Assembly: GCA_002429485.1 (NCBI GenBank)
Contig: DIZX01000012.1
Span: forward strand, 1,440-50,718
Origin: Patescibacteria group bacterium UBA6017
GTDB lineage: Bacteria; Patescibacteriota; Saccharimonadia; UBA4664
Direction of reading: 5' to 3'
DNA length: 49,279 nt
Position 1 is the stretch's first letter. The number at the start of each line of letters is the position of its first letter. A model generated the notes under the pieces. It was not told where the DNA came from, did not search any database, and saw only the letters and a program-made list of their open reading frames with translations. Below, piece by piece: positions 18,681 to 27,369 of the stretch. The position numbers and the translations under genes were made by a program.

Positions 18681-19297
18681 TGGCACGTAATCTTACCCCA
18701 ATCGTCAAGCAAAGCCGCCGCGAGGCCGTTGCGCTGCACCCCAAAGCTATCAAGGGCATGGCTAAGCATCCCTACAAGCCCGGTCAGCACGGCCCCAACG
18801 CCGGCCGTTCCAAGCCCAGCCAGTATTCCCTGCAGCTGCGCCAGAAGCAGATGGTCAAGCGCACCTACGGTCTGCTCGAAAAGCAGTTCGCCAGGATCGT
18901 CAAAGAAGCCGGTCGCCGCACGGGTAACACCGGTGACATCATGCTCACCATCCTCGAGCAGCGTTTCGACAACGCCGTTTACCGCCTCGGCCTGGCCCCT
19001 TCGCGCCAGTCTGCTCGTCAGCTCGTAACTCACGGCCACTTTATGCTCAACGGCCGCCGCGTCGACATCCCCTCGATCTCCCTCAAGGCCGGTGACGAAT
19101 TCACCGTTCGCCCCAAGAGTGCCAAGAATGCCTACTTCACCCAGCTCACCACCGAACTCGCCGGCAACTCCACCTCGGTCCGCTGGCTCACCTTTGATGC
19201 CAAAAAACTCGTCGGTAAAGTCACTGGGGCCCCGGCCCGCGAGGACATCACCGAAGAGATTCACGAGCAGCTTATTATTGAATTTTACTCACGCTAA
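18680..19297 (+). CDS. rpsD: 30S ribosomal protein S4
   Basis: 205 aa. ...YSLQLRQKQMVKRTYG.LEKQF... and the S4 domain RLDN.VYRLGLA.SR..ARQLV.HGH...NG..V.IPS. Confidence 0.97.
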   Translation: MARNLTPIVKQSRREAVALHPKAIKGMAKHPYKPGQHGPNAGRSKPSQYSLQLRQKQMVKRTYGLLEKQFARIVKEAGRRTGNTGDIMLTILEQRFDNAVYRLGLAPSRQSARQLVTHGHFMLNGRRVDIPSISLKAGDEFTVRPKSAKNAYFTQLTTELAGNSTSVRWLTFDAKKLVGKVTGAPAREDITEEIHEQLIIEFYSR

Positions 19298-19313
19298 GGA
19301 AAGGACGATTACA

Positions 19314-20252
19314 GTGTTACACCCGATTCAGCTCCCAGAGCTCAAGCCCACCCAAGAGGAAGGCAACAAGGCCACATTCGTAGTAGAGCCGTTGCACCCA
19401 GGTTATGGCATGACGCTCGGCAACAGCCTGCGCCGTGTTATCCTCTCCAGCCTCGGCGGCGCCGCCGTTACGGCTGTCAAGATCGACAGCGTAGCCCACG
19501 AGTTCTCGACCATCGAGGGCGTCAAGGAAGATGTCGTAGAGATTATCCTTAACCTCAAGAAGCTCCGCTTCCGCGTGTTCTCCGATGAGCCTCAGTACCT
19601 CATTCTGTCCGTTTCTCGCAAGGGTGAAATCACCGCCAACGACATCAAGACCACCGCTGACGTTGAAATCGTCAACCCGGATCAGGTTATCGCCACCCTC
19701 GACAATGCCAAGATCAAGCTCGGCATGGAAATCAAAGTCGAAAAGGGCCGCGGTTACGTACCGGTTGAAAACCGCGAAGCCGAGAAGCTCGAAGTCGGCA
19801 TGATCGCCGTCGATGCTCTCTACTCGCCAATCCAGCGCGTGCGCTACAACGTCGAGAACACTCGCGTTGGTCAAATGACCGACCTCGACCGCCTCAACAT
19901 GGAGATCGAAACTGACGGCACCATTACCCCTCACGAAGCCATTCGTCAGGCCGCCGAAATCCTCGTGGATCACTTCCGCGTCGTTGCCGGCAACGTTGCC
20001 GAAGGCGAAGTCGCATCAGACACCGCCGGCTCGGTTGAGCTCGGATCCGCCAAGATCAACATCGAAGAAGTTAACTTCTCGCCGCGTACCACCAACGCGC
20101 TCATCAATAACGACATAAAATCCGTTCAAGATCTACTCAAGCTCTCAGACACCGAACTGCGCGAACTCAAGGGTTTTGGCAGCAAGGCCTACGAAGAAGT
20201 CAAAGAGAAGATTGCCGAGCTCGGCATAACGGATTCGAAAGAAGTAGCCTAG
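19314..20252 (+). CDS. rpoA: DNA-directed RNA polymerase subunit alpha
   Basis: I moved the start to GTG 19314, preceded by AAGGAAAGGA. ...FVVEPLHPGYGMTLGNSLRRVILSSL...; C-terminal domain ...IEEVNFSPRTTNALINNDIKSVQDLL. The track's 19092 start lies inside rpsD. Confidence 0.95.
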   Translation: MLHPIQLPELKPTQEEGNKATFVVEPLHPGYGMTLGNSLRRVILSSLGGAAVTAVKIDSVAHEFSTIEGVKEDVVEIILNLKKLRFRVFSDEPQYLILSVSRKGEITANDIKTTADVEIVNPDQVIATLDNAKIKLGMEIKVEKGRGYVPVENREAEKLEVGMIAVDALYSPIQRVRYNVENTRVGQMTDLDRLNMEIETDGTITPHEAIRQAAEILVDHFRVVAGNVAEGEVASDTAGSVELGSAKINIEEVNFSPRTTNALINNDIKSVQDLLKLSDTELRELKGFGSKAYEEVKEKIAELGITDSKEVA

Positions 20253-20253
20253 T

Positions 20254-20754
20254 ATGCACCGCCACTCTTACACCGGAAGAAAGCTCTCGCGCGACGCTGG
20301 TCCTCGCAAGGCTTTGATTCGCGGTCAATTAACCTCGCTGACGCTCCACGAAGCCATCACTACGACCCTGCCCAAGGCTCGCGAAGTTGCGCCCTCGTTT
20401 GAGCGCCTCGTGACCTACGCCAAGAAGGACACCTTGGCTGGTGCCCGTGCTCTTCGCCGCGAACTTCTCACCGAGAATGCCTCGCAGAAGATGCTCCAGG
20501 AGCTCCTGCCCGCCTTCGAAGGCCGACAGGGTGGTTACACTCGCATCATTAAGCTCGAAAACCGCCGCGGCGACAACGCTCCCATGGCTCGCCTAGAGCT
20601 CGTCCTCAATGACGTCAAGCCTGCCGTCGTAACTGCCAAGACTACTGCTGCTAAAGCAAAGGCCCCAGCCTCGGCTGAGAAGCCCGCCAAGGTTGCAGCT
20701 GCTAAGACCCCGGCCAAGACCGCCGCATCAACCACAGAGGTTTCCAATGATTAA
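20254..20754 (+). CDS. rplQ: 50S ribosomal protein L17 with Ala/Lys/Pro tail
   Basis: MHRHSYTGRKLSRD.G.RKAL....GGYTRI.KL..RRGDNAPMA.LELV, plus the tail AKTTAAKAKAPASAEKPAKVAAAKTPAKTAA... Confidence 0.96.
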   Translation: MHRHSYTGRKLSRDAGPRKALIRGQLTSLTLHEAITTTLPKAREVAPSFERLVTYAKKDTLAGARALRRELLTENASQKMLQELLPAFEGRQGGYTRIIKLENRRGDNAPMARLELVLNDVKPAVVTAKTTAAKAKAPASAEKPAKVAAAKTPAKTAASTTEVSND

Positions 20755-21181
20755 GACTTACTCACCAAAACCCATCGAACTCACCCACGATTGGTACATT
20801 ATCGACGCTGAAGGCCAAACCCTCGGCCGCCTGGCTACGCTGGTTGCTACCTACTTGCTGGGTAAGCACAAAGTTCGCTTTAGCCCCCACCTCGATTGCG
20901 GCGATAACATCGTCATCATCAACGCAGCCAAGATTTCCGTCACCGGTAACAAGCTCGAAGACAAGATGTACTACCGTCACTCCGGCTACCCGGGCGGTAT
21001 CAAAGAGACCAGCCTCGCCAACTTACTCGCCCGCAACCCCGCCGCCGCGATCGAAAAGGCCGTCACCGGCATGCTACCCAAAAACCGTCTCACCGACGAC
21101 CGCCTGCGCCGCCTCAAGGTCTACCCTGGCATTGAGCACCCTCACGCACCGCAGAGCCCTAAACCCCTAGGAGATAAATAA
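20747..21181 (+). CDS. rplM: 50S ribosomal protein L13
   Basis: I moved the start to ATG 20747: MIKTYSPKPIELTHDWYIIDAEGQTLGRLA... Confidence 0.96.
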   Translation: MIKTYSPKPIELTHDWYIIDAEGQTLGRLATLVATYLLGKHKVRFSPHLDCGDNIVIINAAKISVTGNKLEDKMYYRHSGYPGGIKETSLANLLARNPAAAIEKAVTGMLPKNRLTDDRLRRLKVYPGIEHPHAPQSPKPLGDK

Positions 21182-21582
21182 TGGCCGAACTTCCGCACTA
21201 CCATTACGCTCGCGGCCGCCGCAAAGAGGCCATTGCTACCGTCCGGCTTTACCCGGGTAAGGGTGAGATCGTCGTCGGCGAGGAGACTGCCGCCAATTAC
21301 TTCAACAACGACGCCCTCATGACCGTTGTCGAACAGCCCACCAAGCTCGTTGGTCAGGAGCTCAAATTCCGCATTAGCCTGCACGTCAAAGGCGGCGGCA
21401 AGCGCGGACAGGCCGAAGCTGCCCGCCTCGCCATCTCTCGTGCCCTTAACGTCATGAGTAACGATGAGCTACGCCCGACCCTCAAAAAGGCCGGCTTCCT
21501 CACCCGTGACCCCCGTGAAAAAGAGCGTATGAAGCCCGGACTCAAGAAAGCCCGTAAAGCATCGCAGTTCTCTAAGCGCTAG
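21181..21582 (+). CDS. rpsI: 30S ribosomal protein S9
   Basis: ...GRRKEAIATVRL..G.G.I.V......GGG..GQA.A.RLAISRAL...LTRD.R.KERMKPGLKKARKA.QFSKR. Confidence 0.97.
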   Translation: MAELPHYHYARGRRKEAIATVRLYPGKGEIVVGEETAANYFNNDALMTVVEQPTKLVGQELKFRISLHVKGGGKRGQAEAARLAISRALNVMSNDELRPTLKKAGFLTRDPREKERMKPGLKKARKASQFSKR

Positions 21583-21590
21583 CCCTAGCG

Positions 21591-22466
21591 GTGAAATACC
21601 CCACCGGCCAAGCCTTCCTCCAAGAGCCCAACAAGCGCCTAGCGCTCGTTGGGCTCAGTGGTGTTGGCAAGTCCACTGCCGCGCGGCTCCTGCCGTCCGA
21701 TGATTGGTTCACATTCTCGGTTGATTACCGCATCTGGACCCATTACCTCGGCGACCAGCTCAACGACTACCTCAAGTCGTTAGCTATGGCGCAACCTATC
21801 CTCGAAGACCTTTTACGTCATGACGCCATCACCATCAACCACCGTGTTGGCTTCGACAACTTATTGGCCACCAGTGCCTTTATGGGTATGCTTGGCAACC
21901 CCGAGCAGGACGGTTCCTCTATCGCCGAATTCAGCCTCCGCATGGCCGACCACGCCCGGGCTGAGGTTCAGGCTATGCTCGACATCCCAGATTTTATCCG
22001 CCGCGCCGAGCGCCTTTATGGGTATTCCAACCTCCTAGTCGACGCTTCCGGCAGCGCCTGTGAGGTTATCGAGCCTGGTAATCCCAACGACCCGGCCCTC
22101 AATGTACTCGCAGATAACTGCGTAGTGGTCTACATCGAGGCCACAGCCGATCACAAGCAAGAACTCATTCGCCGCGCCGCCATATATCCCAAACCCATCT
22201 ATTACCGTTCCGACTTCATCGAGGCCAATTTACCGAGTCTCCTGGCCGAAAATAACGTCAAACACGTCGAAGACCTCGATCCGAAAATCGTCGGTCGCTA
22301 CCTGTACCCTAGGTTACTGGATCACCGAACCAAGCGGTACGCTGCCATCGCCGGACGCATTGGCTATACCGTCTCGATGGCCGACGTTCTGGGTGCCAAA
22401 ACTGGGCAAGACATTCTTGAGCTGGTCGGCAGGACAATTGATGCCGACGGCACGCCAAAGAGTTAG
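21591..22466 (+). CDS. P-loop NTPase/kinase-like protein, function unknown
   Basis: 291 aa with a GTG start. Walker A VGLSGVGKSTAA near the N-terminus. No further family assignment was possible by eye. Confidence 0.6.
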   Translation: MKYPTGQAFLQEPNKRLALVGLSGVGKSTAARLLPSDDWFTFSVDYRIWTHYLGDQLNDYLKSLAMAQPILEDLLRHDAITINHRVGFDNLLATSAFMGMLGNPEQDGSSIAEFSLRMADHARAEVQAMLDIPDFIRRAERLYGYSNLLVDASGSACEVIEPGNPNDPALNVLADNCVVVYIEATADHKQELIRRAAIYPKPIYYRSDFIEANLPSLLAENNVKHVEDLDPKIVGRYLYPRLLDHRTKRYAAIAGRIGYTVSMADVLGAKTGQDILELVGRTIDADGTPKS

Positions 22467-22527
22467 CCGCAATTATTGTGCATTTTGACTAATTAAGGCG
22501 GTATATGCATCACATATCTTAAAAAAT

Positions 22528-22556
22528 TTGCCAAAATACGGAAAAACGTGTATAAC
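22528..22556 (+). promoter_or_regulatory. sigma70-like promoter upstream of the first WhiB-like gene
   Basis: TTGCCA (22528-22533), 17-nt spacer, TATAAC (22551-22556). Confidence 0.45.
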
Positions 22557-22615
22557 TACCTCATCTATCAGGTTTGATGGAAGGACTTTTAGACCAAGAG
22601 CTAAGGGGTGCACCA

Positions 22616-22873
22616 ATGCAAGCTGCGCTAGACTTTCTCAGAGGCACTCGAGGTGATTCGACACAATGGCAGGATCAGGCCATTTGTGTCGGAGACGACC
22701 AAGGCGTCTACTTCACCAGAAGTACAGTTCATGCAAAGAAAGTTTGCATGAACTGTCCCGTTCGGCCCGCCTGTCTTGAGGACGCGCTTGAAAGAGACAT
22801 CCGATTTGGCGTCTACGGTGGCCTTACCTGGAGTGAGCGCAAAGCTCTGAAAAAACAACAGCGTGCCGCTTAA
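22616..22873 (+). CDS. WhiB-family (Wbl) Fe-S transcriptional regulator
   Basis: Four Cys residues in the Wbl arrangement (C...C-x2-C-x5-C: ICVG...VCMNCPVRPAC), the FGVYGG turn, and a basic tail SERKALKKQQR. I chose the ATG at 22616 because AAGGGG lies 7 nt upstream; the track ORF begins at 22574. Confidence 0.85.
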   Translation: MQAALDFLRGTRGDSTQWQDQAICVGDDQGVYFTRSTVHAKKVCMNCPVRPACLEDALERDIRFGVYGGLTWSERKALKKQQRAA

Positions 22874-22925
22874 CTAGTTAGCCCGACTGGGCTGTCTAGA
22901 GGAAGACCTTTCAGGGGAGGTTGTT

Positions 22926-23186
22926 ATGGCAGAAGATATTCGAAAGAGCGGCAAATGCACCACCGAGGGTGACCCAGAAGCATTCTTTGTCCCGGGGGCT
23001 GCCCAGGGTCCGAACAAGATTTTCTGCTTTGACTGCCCCGTCATAGCGGAATGTCTTGCCGAAGCACTCGACAACCGAATCGAGTCCGGCATCTGGGGCG
23101 GCATGACCGAAAGGGAGCGTAAAGCGCTACTGAAGCGCCGACCCGGCGTACCGTCCTGGAGGGCTCTGTTTGAGGCGACAGGCTGA
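22926..23186 (+). CDS. WhiB-family (Wbl) Fe-S transcriptional regulator, second paralog
   Basis: KCTTEG...FCFDCPVIAEC (C...C-x2-C-x5-C), SGIWGGMTERERKALLKRR. GGGGAGG RBS upstream. Confidence 0.88.
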   Translation: MAEDIRKSGKCTTEGDPEAFFVPGAAQGPNKIFCFDCPVIAECLAEALDNRIESGIWGGMTERERKALLKRRPGVPSWRALFEATG

Positions 23187-23279
23187 GGGTGGAAGCCGAG
23201 GCAGCAGAACGTCCGGTGCGGCGCAGTCGCGAGCCAGTACTGGCCAGCGCCAGCTAGCCCGCTCGGTATCCGGTCTCAA

Positions 23280-23321
23280 ATGGCCACCTCGGAGATGAGA
23301 AATCAACTCCGAGGTGGCCAT
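23280..23321. other. 15-bp perfect inverted repeat
   Basis: ATGGCCACCTCGGAG (23280-23294), a 12-nt loop, CTCCGAGGTGGCCAT (23307-23321). No T-run follows on either strand. Confidence 0.6.
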
Positions 23322-23386
23322 CGTCATGATTAGGCCCCCGATTTTGCATTTCGCAACAACACCATAAGCGCTATACTTACTACATC

Positions 23387-24382
23387 GTGAACACCCATAA
23401 CGCCCGTACAATTCGCGGCCTAATTATCTTTGCCGTCAGCCTGGGGCTGCTCGGTACCTTTGGCTTCGCCAATTTCGCCCATATCTCGATTGCTGAAGCC
23501 GCCTACGCGACTATTCTTATACTGCTGACCCATTACGATCACTACGGTTTTGCCGATTCTAAGTCTCGTCTGCTCGTAATTATCCTGATTCTATCGAGTT
23601 TGGGCTTGATAGCTTATTTGCTTAAGTGGTTAGCCGAATATATGATGGGCTTAAGTGATAACGTACGTAGGCTCCGCGTGAAATCAAAAGTCGAAAAACT
23701 CAAAGATCATTACATCGTCTGCGGTCTGGGCCGGGTAGGTTCACAAGTCGCCGGCGAAATGCATCACGAAGGTGTGCCATTCGTGGGCGTTGATCGTGAT
23801 GAGGCTAAAGTTGCCGAGGCAAATGAGCGCGGCGAATTGGCGTTAGCACTCGATAGTACGCTCGAAACCGCCCTTACCGAGGTCGGGATCTCCAGAGCGG
23901 CCGGTCTTGTGGCCTGTCTCGGTGAAGACTCCCTCAATTTGTTTGTCGTCCTCGCCGCCCGCGCCATGAACCCCGATCTCTATATCGTCGCTCGCGCTAA
24001 CCGTCCCGAGAACGAGATCAAGCTTAAGCGTGCCGGAGCCGACCGGGTTGCGCTGCCGTATCAGATCGGCGGCTATCACATGGCCTCAATGGCCCTGCGC
24101 CCGAATGTAGTTGATTATATGGACATTATGACCGGCAAGAACGGCCTCACTGAGCTCGAAGTCGAAGAAATGGTCGTTTCCGAAGTCTCGAAGCTGGCCG
24201 GCCGCCGCCTGGGCACCGCCCTGGCCGAAGGGGAAGTGGGGGCCACCGTGATCGCCATCAACGGCGCCGATGGTACCAGCCGTGTCCGCCCGACCGGCAA
24301 GGAGATTATCTACAAGGGTGATCGATTGATAATCCTCGGCTCAAAGCGCGACCTCACCGCCGCCTCGGAGCTCATCAGATGA
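23387..24382 (+). CDS. 2-TM ion channel with RCK (TrkA-N/TrkA-C) domains
   Basis: GTG start. N-terminal two-helix pore-like module, then the Rossmann segment HYIVCGLGRVGSQVAGEM (TrkA-N) and a TrkA-C-like C-terminus (...VVSEVSKLAGRRL...GDRLIILG). Confidence 0.8.
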   Translation: MNTHNARTIRGLIIFAVSLGLLGTFGFANFAHISIAEAAYATILILLTHYDHYGFADSKSRLLVIILILSSLGLIAYLLKWLAEYMMGLSDNVRRLRVKSKVEKLKDHYIVCGLGRVGSQVAGEMHHEGVPFVGVDRDEAKVAEANERGELALALDSTLETALTEVGISRAAGLVACLGEDSLNLFVVLAARAMNPDLYIVARANRPENEIKLKRAGADRVALPYQIGGYHMASMALRPNVVDYMDIMTGKNGLTELEVEEMVVSEVSKLAGRRLGTALAEGEVGATVIAINGADGTSRVRPTGKEIIYKGDRLIILGSKRDLTAASELIR

Positions 24383-25278
24383 CACCTCAATCATTCACGG
24401 CCGAACTAGGAGCCGCCGGTGAGCGGCTCGATGTGTTTCTGGCGGCCGCTTTGCAGCGCCCTCGCAGCCAGGTGCAGCGTTTGGTGCGTACTAACCTAGT
24501 TTCGGTAAACGGCGAGCAAGAGCGCACTAGTTACCAGATGCAGGCGGGCGACGTGGTCCAGATACAGGAACCGCCTGCCCCGGCCGCCAAAGCTGCACCT
24601 CCGGATATGCCGATCATCTATGAAGATGACGATTTGGTGATTATCGATAAACCGGCCGGCATCGCAGTGCACCCCGGCGCCGCGTCGCACGTGACAGCCA
24701 CCGTAGTCGATTTTGCCCGCCCCCGTACCACCGATCAGGACCCCGACCGGCCTGGTATCGTCCACCGGCTCGACCGCGACACCTCCGGAATTCTTATTAT
24801 CGCCAAAAATGAACACGCCAAGGCATTCATGCAGGCTGCCTTCAAGCGCCGCGATGTCCACAAAACCTACGAGCTGTTGGTGGTCGGCCGGATCGATAAG
24901 GAGCAGGCGGTCATCAAACTCCCGCTCGGCCGCGACCCCGCCCACCCGCTCCAGCAGGCCGTAGAAGCCTCCGGCCGCGAAGCCATTACTCCTTACGTGG
25001 CCACGCGATACTACAACGGCTACACTCAGATCCAGGCCAAGCCCGAAACCGGCCGCACCCATCAATTGCGCGTACACTTTGCCGCGCTGGGGCACCCGGT
25101 GGCCGGAGATATCGTCTACGGGCCGCCTAAGCGTCCTATCGGCCTCAAACGGCAGTTTCTGCACGCCAGCACGATTGAGTTCACGGCGCCCTCAGGCAAG
25201 CTCGTGACGCTCGTCAGCCCGCTCCCACCCGATTTGCAGGTTGTGCTGGACCGCCTAGAGGAGGAGTCTGCGGCGTGA
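24379..25278 (+). CDS. rluD: RluA-family 23S rRNA pseudouridine synthase (RluD-like)
   Basis: N-terminal S4 domain. Catalytic motif IVHRLDRDTSGILIIAK; ...TGRTHQLRVHFA..GHP..GD..YG. Confidence 0.9.
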   Translation: MTPQSFTAELGAAGERLDVFLAAALQRPRSQVQRLVRTNLVSVNGEQERTSYQMQAGDVVQIQEPPAPAAKAAPPDMPIIYEDDDLVIIDKPAGIAVHPGAASHVTATVVDFARPRTTDQDPDRPGIVHRLDRDTSGILIIAKNEHAKAFMQAAFKRRDVHKTYELLVVGRIDKEQAVIKLPLGRDPAHPLQQAVEASGREAITPYVATRYYNGYTQIQAKPETGRTHQLRVHFAALGHPVAGDIVYGPPKRPIGLKRQFLHASTIEFTAPSGKLVTLVSPLPPDLQVVLDRLEEESAA

Positions 25279-26078
25279 GCGCGCGCCTGCACCCCAAAAC
25301 CGCCACTCAGGTGGATGCTCTGCGTGAGCACCCGTTCGGTAGTGTGATCTTTCATGGTCCGCGGGGAATTGGTAAGGCCGGGGCAGCCCGTGAGCTCGCC
25401 ACCAGACTCAATTGTCTCGGCGATGAGCCCGCTAAATGCACTAATTGCCGTCAAATTGAGGCCGGCAACTTTCCCGATCTAATTACGGTTGGGCTGCTGG
25501 ACAAGGCCAGCCTCAGCATCGAGCAGGTGAGGGGACTCACCGCCGCCCTCGCCCTGAGGCCGTTTACCGCCGGTTCTGTGCGGGTGGTAATAATCGACCC
25601 GGCCGATCAGCTCACCCCCGAGGCACAAAACGCCTTGCTCAAACTGCTCGAAGAACCGCCGCCCCGCACCCTCGTTATTCTGGTGGCCCAACATCTTGGT
25701 GCGCTGCTTGTTACCGTTCGCTCCCGTTGTCAGGCGATCTTCTTCGTGCGAGCCGATACCGATCCGTCGTCGGCTCAGACCGCCGATTCCCAGGAAGTTG
25801 ACGCCCAGCTCAGCCTAGCCGCCGATGCCGCCGGCGTCGAAGCGCAAACTTTGTTCGATCGGCTATTGCTCGCCGCCCGTCTGGCTAGCACCGGCGCCGA
25901 CCTTGAGCGCTTCGGGGAAGCCTTGCATCGCCGTGTTATTGCCCGCCTCGAGGCCAATGAGCTAGACGCCAGCAGCGCTAATACTTGGCTCAGCGCCCTC
26001 GAGCGCTTTCGTTTGCAGCTTCGCGCCAAAGTGACGGCGCGCGTGGCGCTCGAGCGGCTAATGCTGGAGCTGAGCTAA
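25275..26078 (+). CDS. holB: DNA polymerase III delta-prime subunit
   Basis: GTG start overlapping the rluD stop. FHGPRGIGKAGAA, Zn-module-like C..C..C (CLGDEPAKCTNCRQ), NALLKLLEEPP, SRC. Confidence 0.85.
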   Translation: MSARLHPKTATQVDALREHPFGSVIFHGPRGIGKAGAARELATRLNCLGDEPAKCTNCRQIEAGNFPDLITVGLLDKASLSIEQVRGLTAALALRPFTAGSVRVVIIDPADQLTPEAQNALLKLLEEPPPRTLVILVAQHLGALLVTVRSRCQAIFFVRADTDPSSAQTADSQEVDAQLSLAADAAGVEAQTLFDRLLLAARLASTGADLERFGEALHRRVIARLEANELDASSANTWLSALERFRLQLRAKVTARVALERLMLELS

Positions 26079-26761
26079 TGCTAGAGCTAGTGGTTGTCGC
26101 TGGCTCATGGATGTTATTGCGCCGTCAGTTGTCTGCTCAAGAATATGGTGCCCCCACCACCGTCCTCGCCCCCAAACGCACCAGCGCCCAGTTGGCCCAG
26201 CTCACGGCCTACGCCGATCGGCTATATACCGAACGCAAATGGTTGGCCGCCGAGAAGGCTTATCTGAGCGTACTCAAGCTTGATCATAAAAATGTCACTG
26301 CCTACGCGCACCTCGGAATTATTTTCTCGACCCAAAAGAATATGCCCGACGCCATCGAGTGCTTCGAGATCGCTGCCCAGCTCAAACCATCCGCCCGCGC
26401 CTTCCAAAATCTGGCTTCGGCCTTCTACGACAACCGCAATTACATCAAGTCGATCGCCGCCTACGAGAAGTCGATCATGTTTGAGCCCCACGCCCAGCGC
26501 TACGTCGGGCTCGGCAAGGCCAACCTGAAGCTTCACAACATTCCAGCGGCCGTTACCGCCTTCGAGCACGCCGTGAATCTCGATTCTACCAAGCCGATAC
26601 TCGCGCTGCTGGCTGACGCCTACGATCAGACCGGGAAAAAGAATGAGGCCAATGCAGTCTATGCCCGCATTCATCAGCTCGATCCCACCGACCCCCTAGC
26701 AGCGCGCCGCATCGGTATCCACCTCCCGGATAGCACGCTACCGCTTGATAGCGCATTCTGA
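26078..26761 (+). CDS. TPR-repeat protein with N-terminal membrane anchor
   Basis: I moved the start to ATG 26078 (TAATG overlap with holB). Several 34-aa TPR-like units (A...Y..AL.L.P....A...LG..Y). Confidence 0.75.
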   Translation: MLELVVVAGSWMLLRRQLSAQEYGAPTTVLAPKRTSAQLAQLTAYADRLYTERKWLAAEKAYLSVLKLDHKNVTAYAHLGIIFSTQKNMPDAIECFEIAAQLKPSARAFQNLASAFYDNRNYIKSIAAYEKSIMFEPHAQRYVGLGKANLKLHNIPAAVTAFEHAVNLDSTKPILALLADAYDQTGKKNEANAVYARIHQLDPTDPLAARRIGIHLPDSTLPLDSAF

Positions 26762-26820
26762 AACTGTTACTATATTCGGGTTGAAAACGCTCATTCTAGA
26801 GCCCAACGAAAGAGACCTTT

Positions 26821-26895
26821 GCCGGCGTGGCTCAATGGTAGAGCAACAGTTTTGTAAACTGTAGGTTACGGGTTCGATTCCTGTCGCCGGCTCCA
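26821..26895 (+). tRNA. tRNA-Thr (anticodon TGT), CCA encoded
   Basis: Hand-folded cloverleaf: acceptor GCCGGCG/CGCCGGC, D arm GCTC..GAGC, anticodon stem ACAGT/ACTGT with loop TTTGTAA, T arm ACGGG-TTCGATT-CCTGT. Confidence 0.9.
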
Positions 26896-26908
26896 TTTCA
26901 ACATATAT

Positions 26909-26994
26909 GCCGGGTTACTCAAGTGGCCAACGAGGGCTGACTGTAAATCAGCTGACATTAGTCTTCGGGAGTTCAAATCTCTCACCCGGCACCA
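26909..26994 (+). tRNA. tRNA-Tyr (anticodon GTA), long variable arm, CCA encoded
   Basis: Acceptor GCCGGGT/ACCCGGC, anticodon stem GCTGA/TCAGC with loop CTGTAAA, long variable arm, T loop TTCAAAT. Confidence 0.88.
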
Positions 26995-27067
26995 TTTGCA
27001 CTTATTTCTAGGCCATACCTCTTGTTAGGTGCGGCAAATTATGGTAGTGTATCAAGGTTAAAGTCGG

Positions 27068-27142
<75 letters not shown>

Positions 27143-27171
27143 GTTATTTAATTAGGATTTATCAACCTCAG

Positions 27172-27369
27172 ATGAAGCGCCTCGTACTCAATCAGCATGA
27201 CAAGAAGCTCACTGGCCTATGTGCCGGTCTAGCGGATTATTTTGAAGTTGACGCTACGATCGTCCGCTTAATCGTGATGGTAGTCGCTCTTACCACCTGG
27301 GTGGTGCCGGGAATTCTAGTTTATTTCATTGCATCATCCATTACCCCCAAAGAAGGAGAAGTTAAATAA
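27172..27369 (+). CDS. PspC-domain membrane protein
   Basis: I moved the start to ATG 27172, because the track ORF 27022.. runs through tRNA-Thr. MKRLVLNQHDKKLTGLCAGLADYFEVDATIVRLI... is the PspC N-terminal domain plus a TM helix. Confidence 0.8.
   Translation: MKRLVLNQHDKKLTGLCAGLADYFEVDATIVRLIVMVVALTTWVVPGILVYFIASSITPKEGEVK

Noticed and set aside
19092-19313. The track start of the rpoA ORF at 19092, which gives a Pro/Ser-rich N-terminus.
   Set aside because: That stretch lies entirely inside rpsD in another frame. A GTG at 19314 with an AAGGAAAGGA RBS gives a normal RpoA N-terminus.
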